From the human T2T-CHM13v2.0 reference genome, Homo sapiens, in assembly GCF_009914755.1 (NCBI RefSeq), contig NC_060938.1: DNA of 64,000 nucleotides; one strand, given 5' to 3'. Shown here in pieces: positions 12,701-26,700 of the stretch. Both the position numbers and the translations under genes were made by a program. How positions within the stretch are numbered: position 1 is the stretch's first letter; each line of letters begins with the position of its first letter. The notes beneath the pieces were generated by a model that worked only from the letters and a program-made list of their open reading frames with translations, was not told the origin of the DNA and made no database searches.

Positions 12701-15700
12701 CAACGAAATCCTCCAAGCTATCCAAATATCCACTTGCAGATTCCACAGAAAGGCTGTTTCAAAACTGCTCTGTCAATAGAAAGGTTCAACTCTGTTAGCT
12801 GCGTGCATATATCCCAAAGAAGATTCTGAGATTGCTTCTGTCTAGTTTTTATGGGAAGATATTTCCCTTTTCACCGTAGGTGTCAAGGCGCTCCAAATGT
12901 CCACTTCCAGATACTACAAAAAGAGTGTTTCCAACCTACTCTGTGAAAGGGAATATTCAACTCTGTGACTTGAATGCACATATCACAAAGAAGTTTCTGA
13001 GAATGCTTCTGTCGAGATTTTATATGAAGATATTCCCGTTTCCAACGAAATCCTGAAATGTATCCAAATATCCCCTCGCAGATTCTACAAAAAGAGTGTT
13101 TCAAAACTGCTCTGTAAAAAGAAAGGTTCAACTCTGTTAGTTGAGTACACACATCACAAATAAGTTTCACACAATGCTTCTTTCTAGCTTGTAGGGGAAG
13201 ATATTCCCTTTATCACCATGGGCCTCAAACCGTCTGAAACGTCCACTTCCATATACTACAAAAAGAGCATTTCAAACCTGCTCTATGAAAGGCAATGTTC
13301 AACTCTGTGACTTGAATGCAGACATCACAGAGCAGTTTCTGAGAATGCTTCTGTCTAGATTTTATAGGAAGATATTCCCGTTTCCAACGAAATCTTCACA
13401 GCTATCCAAATATCCACTTGCAGATTCTACAAAAAGAGTGTATCAAAACTGCTCTGTCAAAAGGAAGGTTCTTCTCTGTTAGGTGAGTGCATACGTCATA
13501 AAGGAGTTTCTGAGAATGTTTCTGTCTAGTGGTTATGGGAAGATATTTGCTTTTTCCCCGTAGGCCTCAGGGCGCTCCAAATGTCCACTTGCACATGCTA
13601 CAAAAAGAGTGCTTCAAAGCTGCTCTCTGAAAGGGAATGTTCAACTCTATGAGTTGAATGCAAACATCACAAAGACGTTTCTGAGAATGCTTCTGTCTAG
13701 ATTTGATATGAAGATATTCCCGTTTCCAACGAAATCTTCAAATCTATCCAAATGTCCACTTGCAGATTCAACAAAAAGTGTTTTTCAGAACTGCTCTATC
13801 AAAAGAAAGATCCACCTCTGTTAGCTGAGTTCAGACATCACAAACAAGTTTATGAGAATGCTTCTGTCTAGTTTTTATTTGAAGATATTTCCTTTCTCAC
13901 CATAGACCTGAAAGCTGTCCTAATGTTCACTTCCAGTTACTACAGAAAGAGTGTTTCAAAACTGCTGTACGAAAGGGAATGTTCAACTCTGTGACTTGAA
14001 TGCACACATCACAAAGAAGTTTCTGAGGATGCTGCTGTCTACTTTTAATACTTAATCCCGTTTCCAACGAAATCCTCCAAGCTATCCAAATATCCACTTG
14101 CAGATTCCACAGAAAGACTGTTTCAAAACTGCTCTGTCAATAGAAAGGTTCAACTCTGTTAGCTGCGTGCATATATCCCAAAGAAGATTCTGAGATTGCT
14201 TCTGTCTAGTTTTTATGGGAAGATATTTCCCTTTTCACCGTAGGCGTCCAGGCGCTCCAAATGTCCACTTCCAGATACTACAAAAAGAGTGTTTTAAACC
14301 TACTCTGTGAAAGGGAATATTCAACTCTGTGACTTGAATGCACATATCACAAGGAAGTTTCTGAGAATGCTTCTGTCGAGATTTTATATGAAGATATTCC
14401 CGTTTCCAACGAAATCCTGAAATCTATCCAAATATCCCCTCGCAGATTCTACAAAAAGAGTGTTTCAAAACTGCTCTGTAAAAAGGAAGGTTCAACTCTG
14501 TTAGTTGAGTACACACATCACAAACAAGTTTCACAGAATGCTTCTTTCTAGCTTGTAGGGGAAGATATTCCCTTTATCACCATGGGCCTCCAACCGTCCG
14601 ATAAGTCCACTTCCATATACTACAAAAAGAGCGTTTCAAACCTGCTCTATGAAAGGCAATGTTCAACTCTGTGACTTGAATGCAGACATCACAGAGCAGT
14701 TTCTGAGAATGCTTCTGTCTAGATTTTATAGGAAGATATTCCCGTTTCCAACGAAATCTTCACAGCTATCCAAATATCCACTTGCAGATTCTACAAAAAG
14801 AGTGTATCAAAACTGCTCTGTCAAAAGGAAGGTTCTTCTCTGTTAGGTGAGTGCATACGTCATAAAGGAGTTTCTGAGAATGTTTCTGTCTAGTGGTTAT
14901 GGGAAGATATTTGCTTTTTCACCGTAGGCCTCAGAGCGCTCCAAATATCCACTTGCACATACTACAAAAAGAGTGCTTCAAAGCTGGTCTCTGAAACGGA
15001 ATGTTCAACTCTATGAGTTGAATGCAAACATCACAAAGACGTTTCTGAGAATGCTTCTGTCTAGATTTGATATGAAGATATTCCCGTTTCCAACGAAATC
15101 TTCAAATCTATCCAAATGTCCACTTGCAGATTCAACAAAAAGTGTTTTTCAGAACTGCTCTATCAAAAGAAAGATCCACCTCTGTTAGCTGAGTTCACAC
15201 ATCACAAACAAGTTTATGAGAATGCTTCTGTCTAGTTTTTATTTGAAGATATTTCCTTTCTCACCATAGAGCTGAAAGCTGTCCTAATGTTCACTTCCAG
15301 ATACTACAGAAAGAGTGTTTCAAAACTGCTGTACGAAAGGGAATGTTCAACTCTGTGACTTGAATGCACACATCACAAAGAAGTTTCTGAGGATGCTGCT
15401 GTCTACTTTTTATACGTAATCCCGTTTCCAACGAAATCCTCCAAGCTATCCAAATATCCACTTGCAGATTCCACAGAAAGGCTGTTTCAAAACTGCTCTG
15501 TCAATAGAAAGGTTCAACTCTGTTAGCTGCGTGCATATATCCCAAAGAAGATTCTGAGATTGCTTCTGTCTAGTTTTTATGGGAAGATATTTCCCTTTTC
15601 ACCGTAGGTGTCAAGGCGCTCCAAATGTCCACTTCCAGATACTACAAAAAGAGTGTTTCCAACCTACTCTGTGAAAGGGAATATTCAACTCTGTGACTTG

Positions 15701-18700
15701 AATGCACATATCACAAAGAAGTTTCTGAGAATGCTTCTGTCGAGATTTTATATGAAGATATTCCCGTTTCCAACGAAATCCTGAAATGTATCCAAATATC
15801 CCCTCGCAGATTATACAAAAAGAGTGTTTCAAAACTGCTCTGTAAAAAGAAAGGTTCAACTCTGTTAGTTGAGTACACACATCACAAACAAGTTTCACAC
15901 AATGCTTCTTTCTAGCTTGTAGGGGAAGATATTCCCTTTATCACCATGGGCCTCAAACCGTCTGAAACGTCCACTTCCATATACTACAAAAAGAGCATTT
16001 CAAACCTGCTCTATGAAAGGCAATGTTCAACTCTGTGACTTGAATGCAGACATCACAGAGCAGTTTCTGAGAATGCTTCTGTCTAGATTTTATAGGAAGA
16101 TATTCCCGTTTCCAACGAAATCTTCACAGCTATCCAAATATCCACTTGCAGATTCTACAAAAAGAGTGTATCAAAACTGCTCTGTCAAAAGGAAGGTTCT
16201 TCTCTGTTAGGTGAGTGCATACGTCATAAAGGAGTTTCTGAGAATGTTTCTGTCTAGTGGTTATGGGAAGATATTTCCTTTTTCCCCGTAGGCCTCAGGG
16301 CGCTCCAAATGTCCACTTGCACATGCTACAAAAAGAGTGCTTCAAAGCTGCTCTCTGAAAGGGAATGTTCAACTCTATGAGTTGAATGCAAACATCACAA
16401 AGACGTTTCTGAGAATGCTTCTGTCTAGATTTGATATGAAGATATTCCCGTTTCCAACGAAATCTTCAAATCTATCCAAATGTCCACTTGCAGATTCAAC
16501 AAAAAGTGTTTTTCAGAACTGCTCTATCAAAAGAAAGATCCACCTCTGTTAGCTGAGTTCAGACATCACAAACAAGTTTATGAGAATGCTTCTGTCTAGT
16601 TTTTATTTGAAGATATTTCCTTTCTCACCATAGACCTGAAAGCTGTCCTAATGTTCACTTCCAGTTACTACAGAAAGAGTGTTTCAAAACTGCTGTACGA
16701 AAGGGAATGTTCAACTCTGTGACTTGAATGCACACATCACAAAGAAGTTTCTGAGGATGCTGCTGTCTACTTTTTATACTTAATCCCGTTTCCAACGAAA
16801 TCCTCCAAGCTATCCAAATATCCACTTGCAGATTCCACAGAAAGACTGTTTCAAAACTGCTCTGTCAATAGAAAGGTTCAACTCTGTTAGCTGCGTGCAT
16901 ATATCCCAAAGAAGATTCTGAGATTGCTTCTGTCTAGTTTTTATGGGAAGATATTTCCCTTTTCACCGTAGGCGTCCAGGCGCTCCAAATGTCCACTTCC
17001 AGATACTACAAAAAGAGTGTTTCAAACCTACTCTGTGAAAGGGAATATTCAACTCTGTGACTTGAATGCACATATCACAAGGAAGTTTCTGAGAATGCTT
17101 CTGTCGAGATTTTATATGAAGATATTCCCGTTTCCAACGAAATCCTGAAATCTATCCAAATATCCCCTCGCAGATTCTACAAAAAGAGTGTTTCAAAACT
17201 GCTCTTTAAAAAGAAAGGTTCAACTCTGTTAGTTGAGTACACACATCACAAACAAGTTTCACAGAATGCTTCTTTCTAGCTTGTAGGGGAAGATATTCCC
17301 TTTATCACCATGGGCCTCAAACCGTCCGATAAGTCCACTTCCATATACTACAAAAAGAGCGTTTCAAACCTGCTCTATGAAAGGCAACGTTCAACTCTGT
17401 GACTTGAATGCAGACATCACAGAGCAGTTTCTGAGAATGCTTCTGTCTAGATTTTATAGGAAGATATTCCCGTTTCCAACGAAATCTTCACAGCTATCCA
17501 AATATCCACTTGCAGATTCTACAAAAAGAGTGTATCAAAACTGCTCTGTCAAAAGGAAGGTTCTTCTCTGTTAGGTGAGTGCATACGTCATAAAGGAGTT
17601 TCTGAGAATGTTTCTGTCTAGTGGTTATGGGAAGATATTTGCTTTTTCCCCGTAGGCCTCAGGGCGCTCCAAATGTCCACTTGCACATGCTACAAAAAGA
17701 GTGCTTCAAAGCTGCTCTCTGAAAGGGAATGTTCAACTCTATGAGTTGAATGCAAACATCACAAAGACGTTTCTGAGAATGCTTCTGTCTAGATTTGATA
17801 TGAAGATATTCCCGTTTCCAACGAAATCTTCAAATCTATCCAAATGTCCACTTGCAGATTCAACAAAAAGTGTTTTTCAGAACTGCTCTATCAAAAGAAA
17901 GATCCACCTCTGTTAGCTGAGTTCAGACATCACAAACAAGTTTATGAGAATGCTTCTGTCTAGTTTTTATTTGAAGATATTTCCTTTCTCACCATAGACC
18001 TGAAAGCTGTCCTAATGTTCACTTCCAGTTACTACAGAGTGTTTCAAAACTGCTGTACGAAAGGGAATGTTCAACTCTGTGACTTGAATGCACACATCAC
18101 AAAGAAGTTTCTGAGGATGCTGCTGTCTACTTTTTATACTTAATCCCGTTTCCAACGAAATCCTCCAAGCTATCCAAATATCCACTTGCAGATTCCACAG
18201 AAAGACTGTTTCAAAACTGCTCTGTCAATAGAAAGGTTCAACTCTGTTAGCTGCGTGCATATATCCCAAAGAAGATTCTGAGATTGCTTCTGTCTAGTTT
18301 TTATGGGAAGATATTTCCCTTTTCACCGTAGGCGTCAAGGCGCTCCAAATGTCCACTTCCAGATACTACAAAAAGAGTGTTTCAAACCTACTCTGTGAAA
18401 GGGAATATTCAACTCTGTGACTTGAATGCAGATATCACAAAGAAGTTTCTGAGAATGCTTCTGTCGAGATTTTATATGAAGATATTCCCGTTTCCAACGA
18501 AATCCTGAAATCTATCCAAATATCCCCTCGCAGATTCTACAAAAAGAGTGTTTCAAAACTGCTCTGTAAAAAGAAAGGTTCAACTCTGTTAGTTGAGTAC
18601 ACACATCACAAACAAGTTTCACAGAATGCTTCTTTCTAGCTTGTAGGGGAAGATATTCCCTTTATCACCATGGGCCTCAAACCGTCCGATAAGTCCACTT

Positions 18701-21700
18701 CCATATACTACAAAAAGAGCGTTTCAAACCTGCTCTATGAAAGGCAATGTTCAACTCTGTGACTTGAATGCAGACATCCCAGAGCAGTTTCTGAGAATGC
18801 TTCTGTCTAGATTTTATAGGAAGATATTCCCGTTTCCAACGAAATCTTCACAGCTATCCAAATATCCACTTGCAGATTCTACCAAAAGAGTGTATCAAAA
18901 CTGCTCTGTCAAAAGGAAGGTTCTTTTCTGTTAGGTGAGTGCATACGTCATAAAGGAGTTTCTGAGAATGTTTCTGTCTAGTGGTTATGGGAAGATATTT
19001 GCTTTTTCACCGTAGGCCTCAGAGCGCTCCAAATATCCACTTGCACATACTACAAAAAGAGTGCCTCAAAGCTGCTCTCTGAAACGGAATGTTCAACTCT
19101 ATGAGTTGAATGCAAACATCGCAAAGACGTTTCTGAGAATGCTTCTGTCTAGATTTGATATGAAGATATTCCCGTTTCCAACGAAATCTTCAAATCTATC
19201 CAAATGTCCACTTGCAGATTCAAGAAAAAGTGTTTTTCAGAACTGCTCTATCAAAAGAAAGATCCACCTCTGTTAGCTGAGTTCACACATCACAAACAAG
19301 TTTATGAGAATGCTTCTGTCTAGTTTTTATTTGAAGATATTTCCTTTCTCACCATAGAGCTGAAAGCTGTCCTAATGTTCACTTCCAGATACTACAGAAA
19401 GAGTGTTTCAAAACTGCTGTACGAAAGGGAATGTTCAACTCTGTGACTTGAATGCACACATCACAAAGAAGTTTCTGAGGATGCTGCTGTCTACTTTTTA
19501 TACGTAATCCCGTTTCCAACGAAATCCTCCAAGCTATCCAAATATCCACTTGCAGATTCCACAGAAAGACTGTTTCAAAACTGCTCTGTCAATAGAAAGG
19601 TTCAACTCTGTTAGCTGCGTGCATATATCCCAAAGAAGATTCTGAGATTGCTTCTGTCTAGTTTTTATGGGAAGATATTTCCCTTTTCACCGTAGGTGTC
19701 AAGGCGCTCCAAATGTCCACTTCCAGATACTACAAAAAGAGTGTTTCAAACCTACTCTGTGAAAGGGAATATTCAACTCTGTGACTCGAATGCACATATC
19801 ACAAAGAAGTTTCTGAGAATGCTTCTGTCGAGATTTTATATGAAGATATTCCCGTTTCCAACGAAATGCTGAAATCTATCCAAATATCCCCTCGCAGATT
19901 CTACAAAAAGAGTGTTTCAAAACTGCTCTGTAAAAAGAAAGGTTCAACTCTGTTAGTTGAGTACACACATCACAAATAAGTTTCACACAATGCTTCTTTC
20001 TAGCTTGTAGGGGAAGATATTCCCTTTATCACCATGGGCCTCAAACCGTCTGAAACGTCCACTTCCATATACTACAAAAAGAGCATTTCAAACCTGCTCT
20101 ATGAAAGGCAATGTTCAACTCTGTGACTTGAATGCAGACATCACAGAGCAGTTTCTGAGAATGCTTCTGTCTAGATTTTATAGGAAGATATTCCCGTTTC
20201 CAACGAAATCTTCACAGCTATCCAAATATCCACTTGCAGATTCTACAAAAAGAGTGTATCAAAACTGCTCTGTCAAAAGGAAGGTTCTTCTCTGTTAGGT
20301 GAGTGCATACGTCATAAAGGAGTTTCTGAGAATGTTTCTGTCTAGTGGTTATGGGAAGATATTTGCTTTTTCCCCGTAGGCCTCAGGGCGCTCCAAATGT
20401 CCACTTGCACATGCTACAAAAAGAGTGCTTCAAAGCTGCTCTCTGAAAGGGAATGTTCAACTCTATGAGTTGAATGCAAACATCACAAAGACGTTTCTGA
20501 GAATGCTTCTGTCTAGATTTGATATGAAGATATTCCCGTTTCCAACGAAATCTTCAAATCTATCCAAATGTCCACTTGCAGATTCAACAAAAAGTGTTTT
20601 TCAGAACTGCTCTATCAAAAGAAAGATCCACCTCTGTTAGCTGAGTTCAGACATCACAAACAAGTTTATGAGAATGCTTCTGTCTAGTTTTTATTTGAAG
20701 ATATTTCCTTTCTCACCATAGACCTGAAAGCTGTCCTAATGTTCACTTCCAGTTACTACAGAAAGAGTGTTTCAAAACTGCTGTACGAAAGGGAATGTTC
20801 AACTCTGTGACTTGAATGCACACATCACAAAGAAGTTTCTGAGGATGCTGCTGTCTACTTTTTATACTTAATCCCGTTTCCAACGAAATCCTCCAAGCTA
20901 TCCAAATATCCACTTGCAGATTCCACAGAAAGACTGTTTCAAAACTGCTCTGTCAATAGAAAGGTTCAACTCTGTTAGCTGCGTGCATATATCCCAAAGA
21001 AGATTCTGAGATTGCTTCTGTCTAGTTTTTATGGGAAGATATTTCCCTTTTCACCGTAGGCGTCCAGGCGCTCCAAATGTCCACTTCCAGATACTACAAA
21101 AAGAGTGTTTCAAACCTACTCTGTGAAAGGGAATATTCAACTCTGTGACTTGAATGCACATATCACAAGGAAGTTTCTGAGAATGCTTCTGTCGAGATTT
21201 TATATGAAGATATTCCCGTTTCCAACGAAATCCTGAAATCTATCCAAATATCCCCTCGCAGATTCTACAAAAAGAGTGTTTCAAAACTGCTCTGTAAAAA
21301 GGAAGGTTCAACTCTGTTAGTTGAGTACACACATCACAAACAAGTTTCACAGAATGCTTCTTTCTAGCTTGTAGGGGAAGATATTCCCTTTATCACCATG
21401 GGCCTCCAACCGTCCGATAAGTCCACTTCCATATACTACAAAAAGAGCGTTTCAAACCTGCTCTATGAAAGGCAATGTTCAACTCTGTGACTTGAATGCA
21501 GACATCACAGAGCAGTTTCTGAGAATGCTATTGTCTAGATTTTATAGGAAGATATTCCCGTTTCCAACGAAATCTTCACAGCTATCCAAATATCCACTTG
21601 CAGATTCTACAAAAAGAGTGTATCAAAACTGCTCTGTCAAAAGGAAGGTTCTTCTCTGTTAGGTGAGTGCATACGTCATAAAGGAGTTTCTGAGAATGTT

Positions 21701-23799
21701 TCTGTCTAGTGGTTATGGGAAGATATTTGCTTTTTCACCGTAGGCCTCAGAGCGCTCCAAATATCCACTTGCACATACTACAAAAAGAGTGCTTCAAAGC
21801 TGGTCTCTGAAACGGAATGTTCAACTCTATGAGTTGAATGCAAACATCACAAAGACGTTTCTGAGAATGCTTCTGTCTAGATTTGATATGAAGATATTCC
21901 CGTTTCCAACGAAATCTTCAAATCTATCCAAATGTCCACTTGCAGATTCAACAAAAAGTGTTTTTCAGAACTGCTCTATCAAAAGAAAGATCCACCTCTG
22001 TTAGCTGAGTTCACACATCACAAACAAGTTTATGAGAATGCTTCTGTATAGTTTTTATTTGAAGATATTTCCTTTCTCACCATAGACCTGAAAGCTGTCC
22101 TAATGTTCACTTCCAGATACTACAGAAAGAGTGTTTCAAAACTGCTGTACGAAAGGGAATGTTCAACTCTGTGACTTGAATGCACACATCACAAAGAAGT
22201 TTCTGAGGATGCTGCTGTCTACTTTTTATACGTAATCCCGTTTCCAACGAAATCCTCCAAGCTATCCAAATATCCACTTGCAGATTCCACAGAAAGGCTG
22301 TTTCAAAACTGCTCTGTCAATAGAAAGGTTCAACTCTGTTAGCTGCGTGCATATATCCCAAAGAAGATTCTGAGATTGCTTCTGTCTAGTTTTTATGGGA
22401 AGATATTTCCCTTTTCACCGTAGGTGTCAAGGCGCTCCAAATGTCCACTTCCAGATACTACAAAAAGAGTGTTTCCAACCTACTCTGTGAAAGGGAATAT
22501 TCAACTCTGTGACTTGAATGCACATATCACAAAGAAGTTTCTGAGAATGCTTCTGTCGAGATTTTATATGAAGATATTCCCGTTTCCAACGAAATCCTGA
22601 AATGTATCCAAATATCCCCTCGCAGATTCTACAAAAAGAGTGTTTCAAAACTGCTCTGTAAAAAGAAAGGTTCAACTCTGTTAGTTGAGTACACACATCA
22701 CAAATAAGTTTCACACAATGCTTCTTTCTAGCTTGTAGGGGAAGATATTCCCTTTATCACCATGGGCCTCAAACCGTCTGAAACGTCCACTTCCATATAC
22801 TACAAAAAGAGCATTTCAAACCTGCTCTATGAAAGGCAATGTTCAACTCTGTGACTTGAATGCAGACATCACAGAGCAGTTTCTGAGAATGCTTCTGTCT
22901 AGATTTTATAGGAAGATATTCCCGTTTCCAACGAAATCTTCACAGCTATCCAAATATCCACTTGCAGATTCTACAAAAAGAGTGTATCAAAACTGCTCTG
23001 TCAAAAGGAAGGTTCTTCTCTGTTAGGTGAGTGCATACGTCATAAAGGAGTTTCTGAGAATGTTTCTGTCTAGTGGTTATGGGAAGATATTTGCTTTTTC
23101 CCCGTAGGCCTCAGGGCGCTCCAAATGTCCACTTGCACATGCTACAAAAAGAGTGCTTCAAAGCTGCTCTCTGAAAGGGAATGTTCAACTCTATGAGTTG
23201 AATGCAAACATCACAAAGACGTTTCTGAGAATGCTTCTGTCTAGATTTGATATGAAGATATTCCCGTTTCCAACGAAATCTTCAAATCTATCCAAATGTC
23301 CACTTGCAGATTCAACAAAAAGTGTTTTTCAGAACTGCTCTATCAAAAGAAAGATCCACCTCTGTTAGCTGAGTTCAGACATCACAAACAAGTTTATGAG
23401 AATGCTTCTGTCTAGTTTTTATTTGAAGATATTTCCTTTCTCACCATAGACCTGAAAGCTGTCCTAATGTTCACTTCCAGTTACTACAGAAAGAGTGTTT
23501 CAAAACTGCTGTACGAAAGGGAATGTTCAACTCTGTGACTTGAATGCACACATCACAAAGAAGTTTCTGAGGATGCTGCTGTCTACTTTTAATACTTAAT
23601 CCCGTTTCCAACGAAATCCTCCAAGCTATCCAAATATCCACTTGCAGATTCCACAGAAAGACTGTTTCAAAACTGCTCTGTCAATAGAAAGGTTCAACTC
23701 TGTTAGCTGCGTGCATATATCCCAAAGAAGATTCTGAGATTGCTTCTGTCTAGTTTTTATGGGAAGATATTTCCCTTTTCACCGTAGGCGTCCAGGCGC

Positions 23800-26700
23800 T
23801 CCAAATGTCCACTTCCAGATACTACAAAAAGAGTGTTTTAAACCTACTCTGTGAAAGGGAATATTCAACTCTGTGACTTGAATGCACATATCACAAGGAA
23901 GTTTCTGAGAATGCTTCTGTCGAGATTTTATATGAAGATATTCCCGTTTCCAACGAAATCCTGAAATCTATCCAAATATCCCCTCGCAGATTCTACAAAA
24001 AGAGTGTTTCAAAACTGCTCTGTAAAAAGGAAGGTTCAACTCTGTTAGTTGAGTACACACATCACAAACAAGTTTCACAGAATGCTTCTTTCTAGCTTGT
24101 AGGGGAAGATATTCCCTTTATCACCATGGGCCTCCAACCGTCCGATAAGTCCACTTCCATATACTACAAAAAGAGCGTTTCAAACCTGCTCTATGAAAGG
24201 CAATGTTCAACTCTGTGACTTGAATGCAGACATCACAGAGCAGTTTCTGAGAATGCTTCTGTCTAGATTTTATAGGAAGATATTCCCGTTTCCAACGAAA
24301 TCTTCACAGCTATCCAAATATCCACTTGCAGATTCTACAAAAAGAGTGTATCAAAACTGCTCTGTCAAAAGGAAGGTTCTTCTCTGTTAGGTGAGTGCAT
24401 ACGTCATAAAGGAGTTTCTGAGAATGTTTCTGTCTAGTGGTTATGGGAAGATATTTGCTTTTTCACCGTAGGCCTCAGAGCGCTCCAAATATCCACTTGC
24501 ACATACTACAAAAAGAGTGCTTCAAAGCTGGTCTCTGAAACGGAATGTTCAACTCTATGAGTTGAATGCAAACATCACAAAGACGTTTCTGAGAATGCTT
24601 CTGTCTAGATTTGATATGAAGATATTCCCGTTTCCAACGAAATCTTCAAATCTATCCAAATGTCCACTTGCAGATTCAACAAAAAGTGTTTTTCAGAACT
24701 GCTCTATCAAAAGAAAGATCCACCTCTGTTAGCTGAGTTCACACATCACAAACAAGTTTATGAGAATGCTTCTGTCTAGTTTTTATTTGAAGATATTTCC
24801 TTTCTCACCATAGAGCTGAAAGCTGTCCTAATGTTCACTTCCAGATACTACAGAAAGAGTGTTTCAAAACTGCTGTACGAAAGGGAATGTTCAACTCTGT
24901 GACTTGAATGCACACATCACAAAGAAGTTTCTGAGGATGCTGCTGTCTACTTTTTATACGTAATCCCGTTTCCAACGAAATCCTCCAAGCTATCCAAATA
25001 TCCACTTGCAGATTCCACAGAAAGGCTGTTTCAAAACTGCTCTGTCAATAGAAAGGTTCAACTCTGTTAGCTGCGTGCATATATCCCAAAGAAGATTCTG
25101 AGATTGCTTCTGTCTAGTTTTTATGGGAAGATATTTCCCTTTTCACCGTAGGTGTCAAGGCGCTCCAAATGTCCACTTCCAGATACTACAAAAAGAGTGT
25201 TTCCAACCTACTCTGTGAAAGGGAATATTCAACTCTGTGACTTGAATGCACATATCACAAAGAAGTTTCTGAGAATGCTTCTGTCGAGATTTTATATGAA
25301 GATATTCCCGTTTCCAACGAAATCCTGAAATGTATCCAAATATCCCCTCGCAGATTATACAAAAAGAGTGTTTCAAAACTGCTCTGTAAAAAGAAAGGTT
25401 CAACTCTGTTAGTTGAGTACACACATCACAAACAAGTTTCACACAATGCTTCTTTCTAGCTTGTAGGGGAAGATATTCCCTTTATCACCATGGGCCTCAA
25501 ACCGTCTGAAACGTCCACTTCCATATACTACAAAAAGAGCATTTCAAACCTGCTCTATGAAAGGCAATGTTCAACTCTGTGACTTGAATGCAGACATCAC
25601 AGAGCAGTTTCTGAGAATGCTTCTGTCTAGATTTTATAGGAAGATATTCCCGTTTCCAACGAAATCTTCACAGCTATCCAAATATCCACTTGCAGATTCT
25701 ACAAAAAGAGTGTATCAAAACTGCTCTGTCAAAAGGAAGGTTCTTCTCTGTTAGGTGAGTGCATACGTCATAAAGGAGTTTCTGAGAATGTTTCTGTCTA
25801 GTGGTTATGGGAAGATATTTCCTTTTTCCCCGTAGGCCTCAGGGCGCTCCAAATGTCCACTTGCACATGCTACAAAAAGAGTGCTTCAAAGCTGCTCTCT
25901 GAAAGGGAATGTTCAACTCTATGAGTTGAATGCAAACATCACAAAGACGTTTCTGAGAATGCTTCTGTCTAGATTTGATATGAAGATATTCCCGTTTCCA
26001 ACGAAATCTTCAAATCTATCCAAATGTCCACTTGCAGATTCAACAAAAAGTGTTTTTCAGAACTGCTCTATCAAAAGAAAGATCCACCTCTGTTAGCTGA
26101 GTTCAGACATCACAAACAAGTTTATGAGAATGCTTCTGTCTAGTTTTTATTTGAAGATATTTCCTTTCTCACCATAGACCTGAAAGCTGTCCTAATGTTC
26201 ACTTCCAGTTACTACAGAAAGAGTGTTTCAAAACTGCTGTACGAAAGGGAATGTTCAACTCTGTGACTTGAATGCACACATCACAAAGAAGTTTCTGAGG
26301 ATGCTGCTGTCTACTTTTTATACTTAATCCCGTTTCCAACGAAATCCTCCAAGCTATCCAAATATCCACTTGCAGATTCCACAGAAAGACTGTTTCAAAA
26401 CTGCTCTGTCAATAGAAAGGTTCAACTCTGTTAGCTGCGTGCATATATCCCAAAGAAGATTCTGAGATTGCTTCTGTCTAGTTTTTATGGGAAGATATTT
26501 CCCTTTTCACCGTAGGTGTCAAGGCGCTCCAAATGTCCACTTCCAGATACTACAAAAAGAGTGTTTCAAACCTACTCTGTGAAAGGGAATATTCAACTCT
26601 GTGACTTGAATGCACATATCACAAGGAAGTTTCTGAGAATGCTTCTGTCGAGATTTTATATGAAGATATTCTCGTTTACAACGAAATCCTGAAATCTATC

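Larger units (their letters stand above)
1..26500. repeat. 7-HOR super-repeat (9544-bp period), ~2.8 tandem copies
   Basis: Rare variants recur at +9544 (+9542 across the 2-bp deletion): extra TCGA at 700/10242/19786; atgctattg ~2440/11984/21528; ctgtatag ~2960/12504/22048; gattatac ~6269/15813/25357; 4-bp deletion 8491/18035. Right boundary approximate. Confidence 0.93.
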
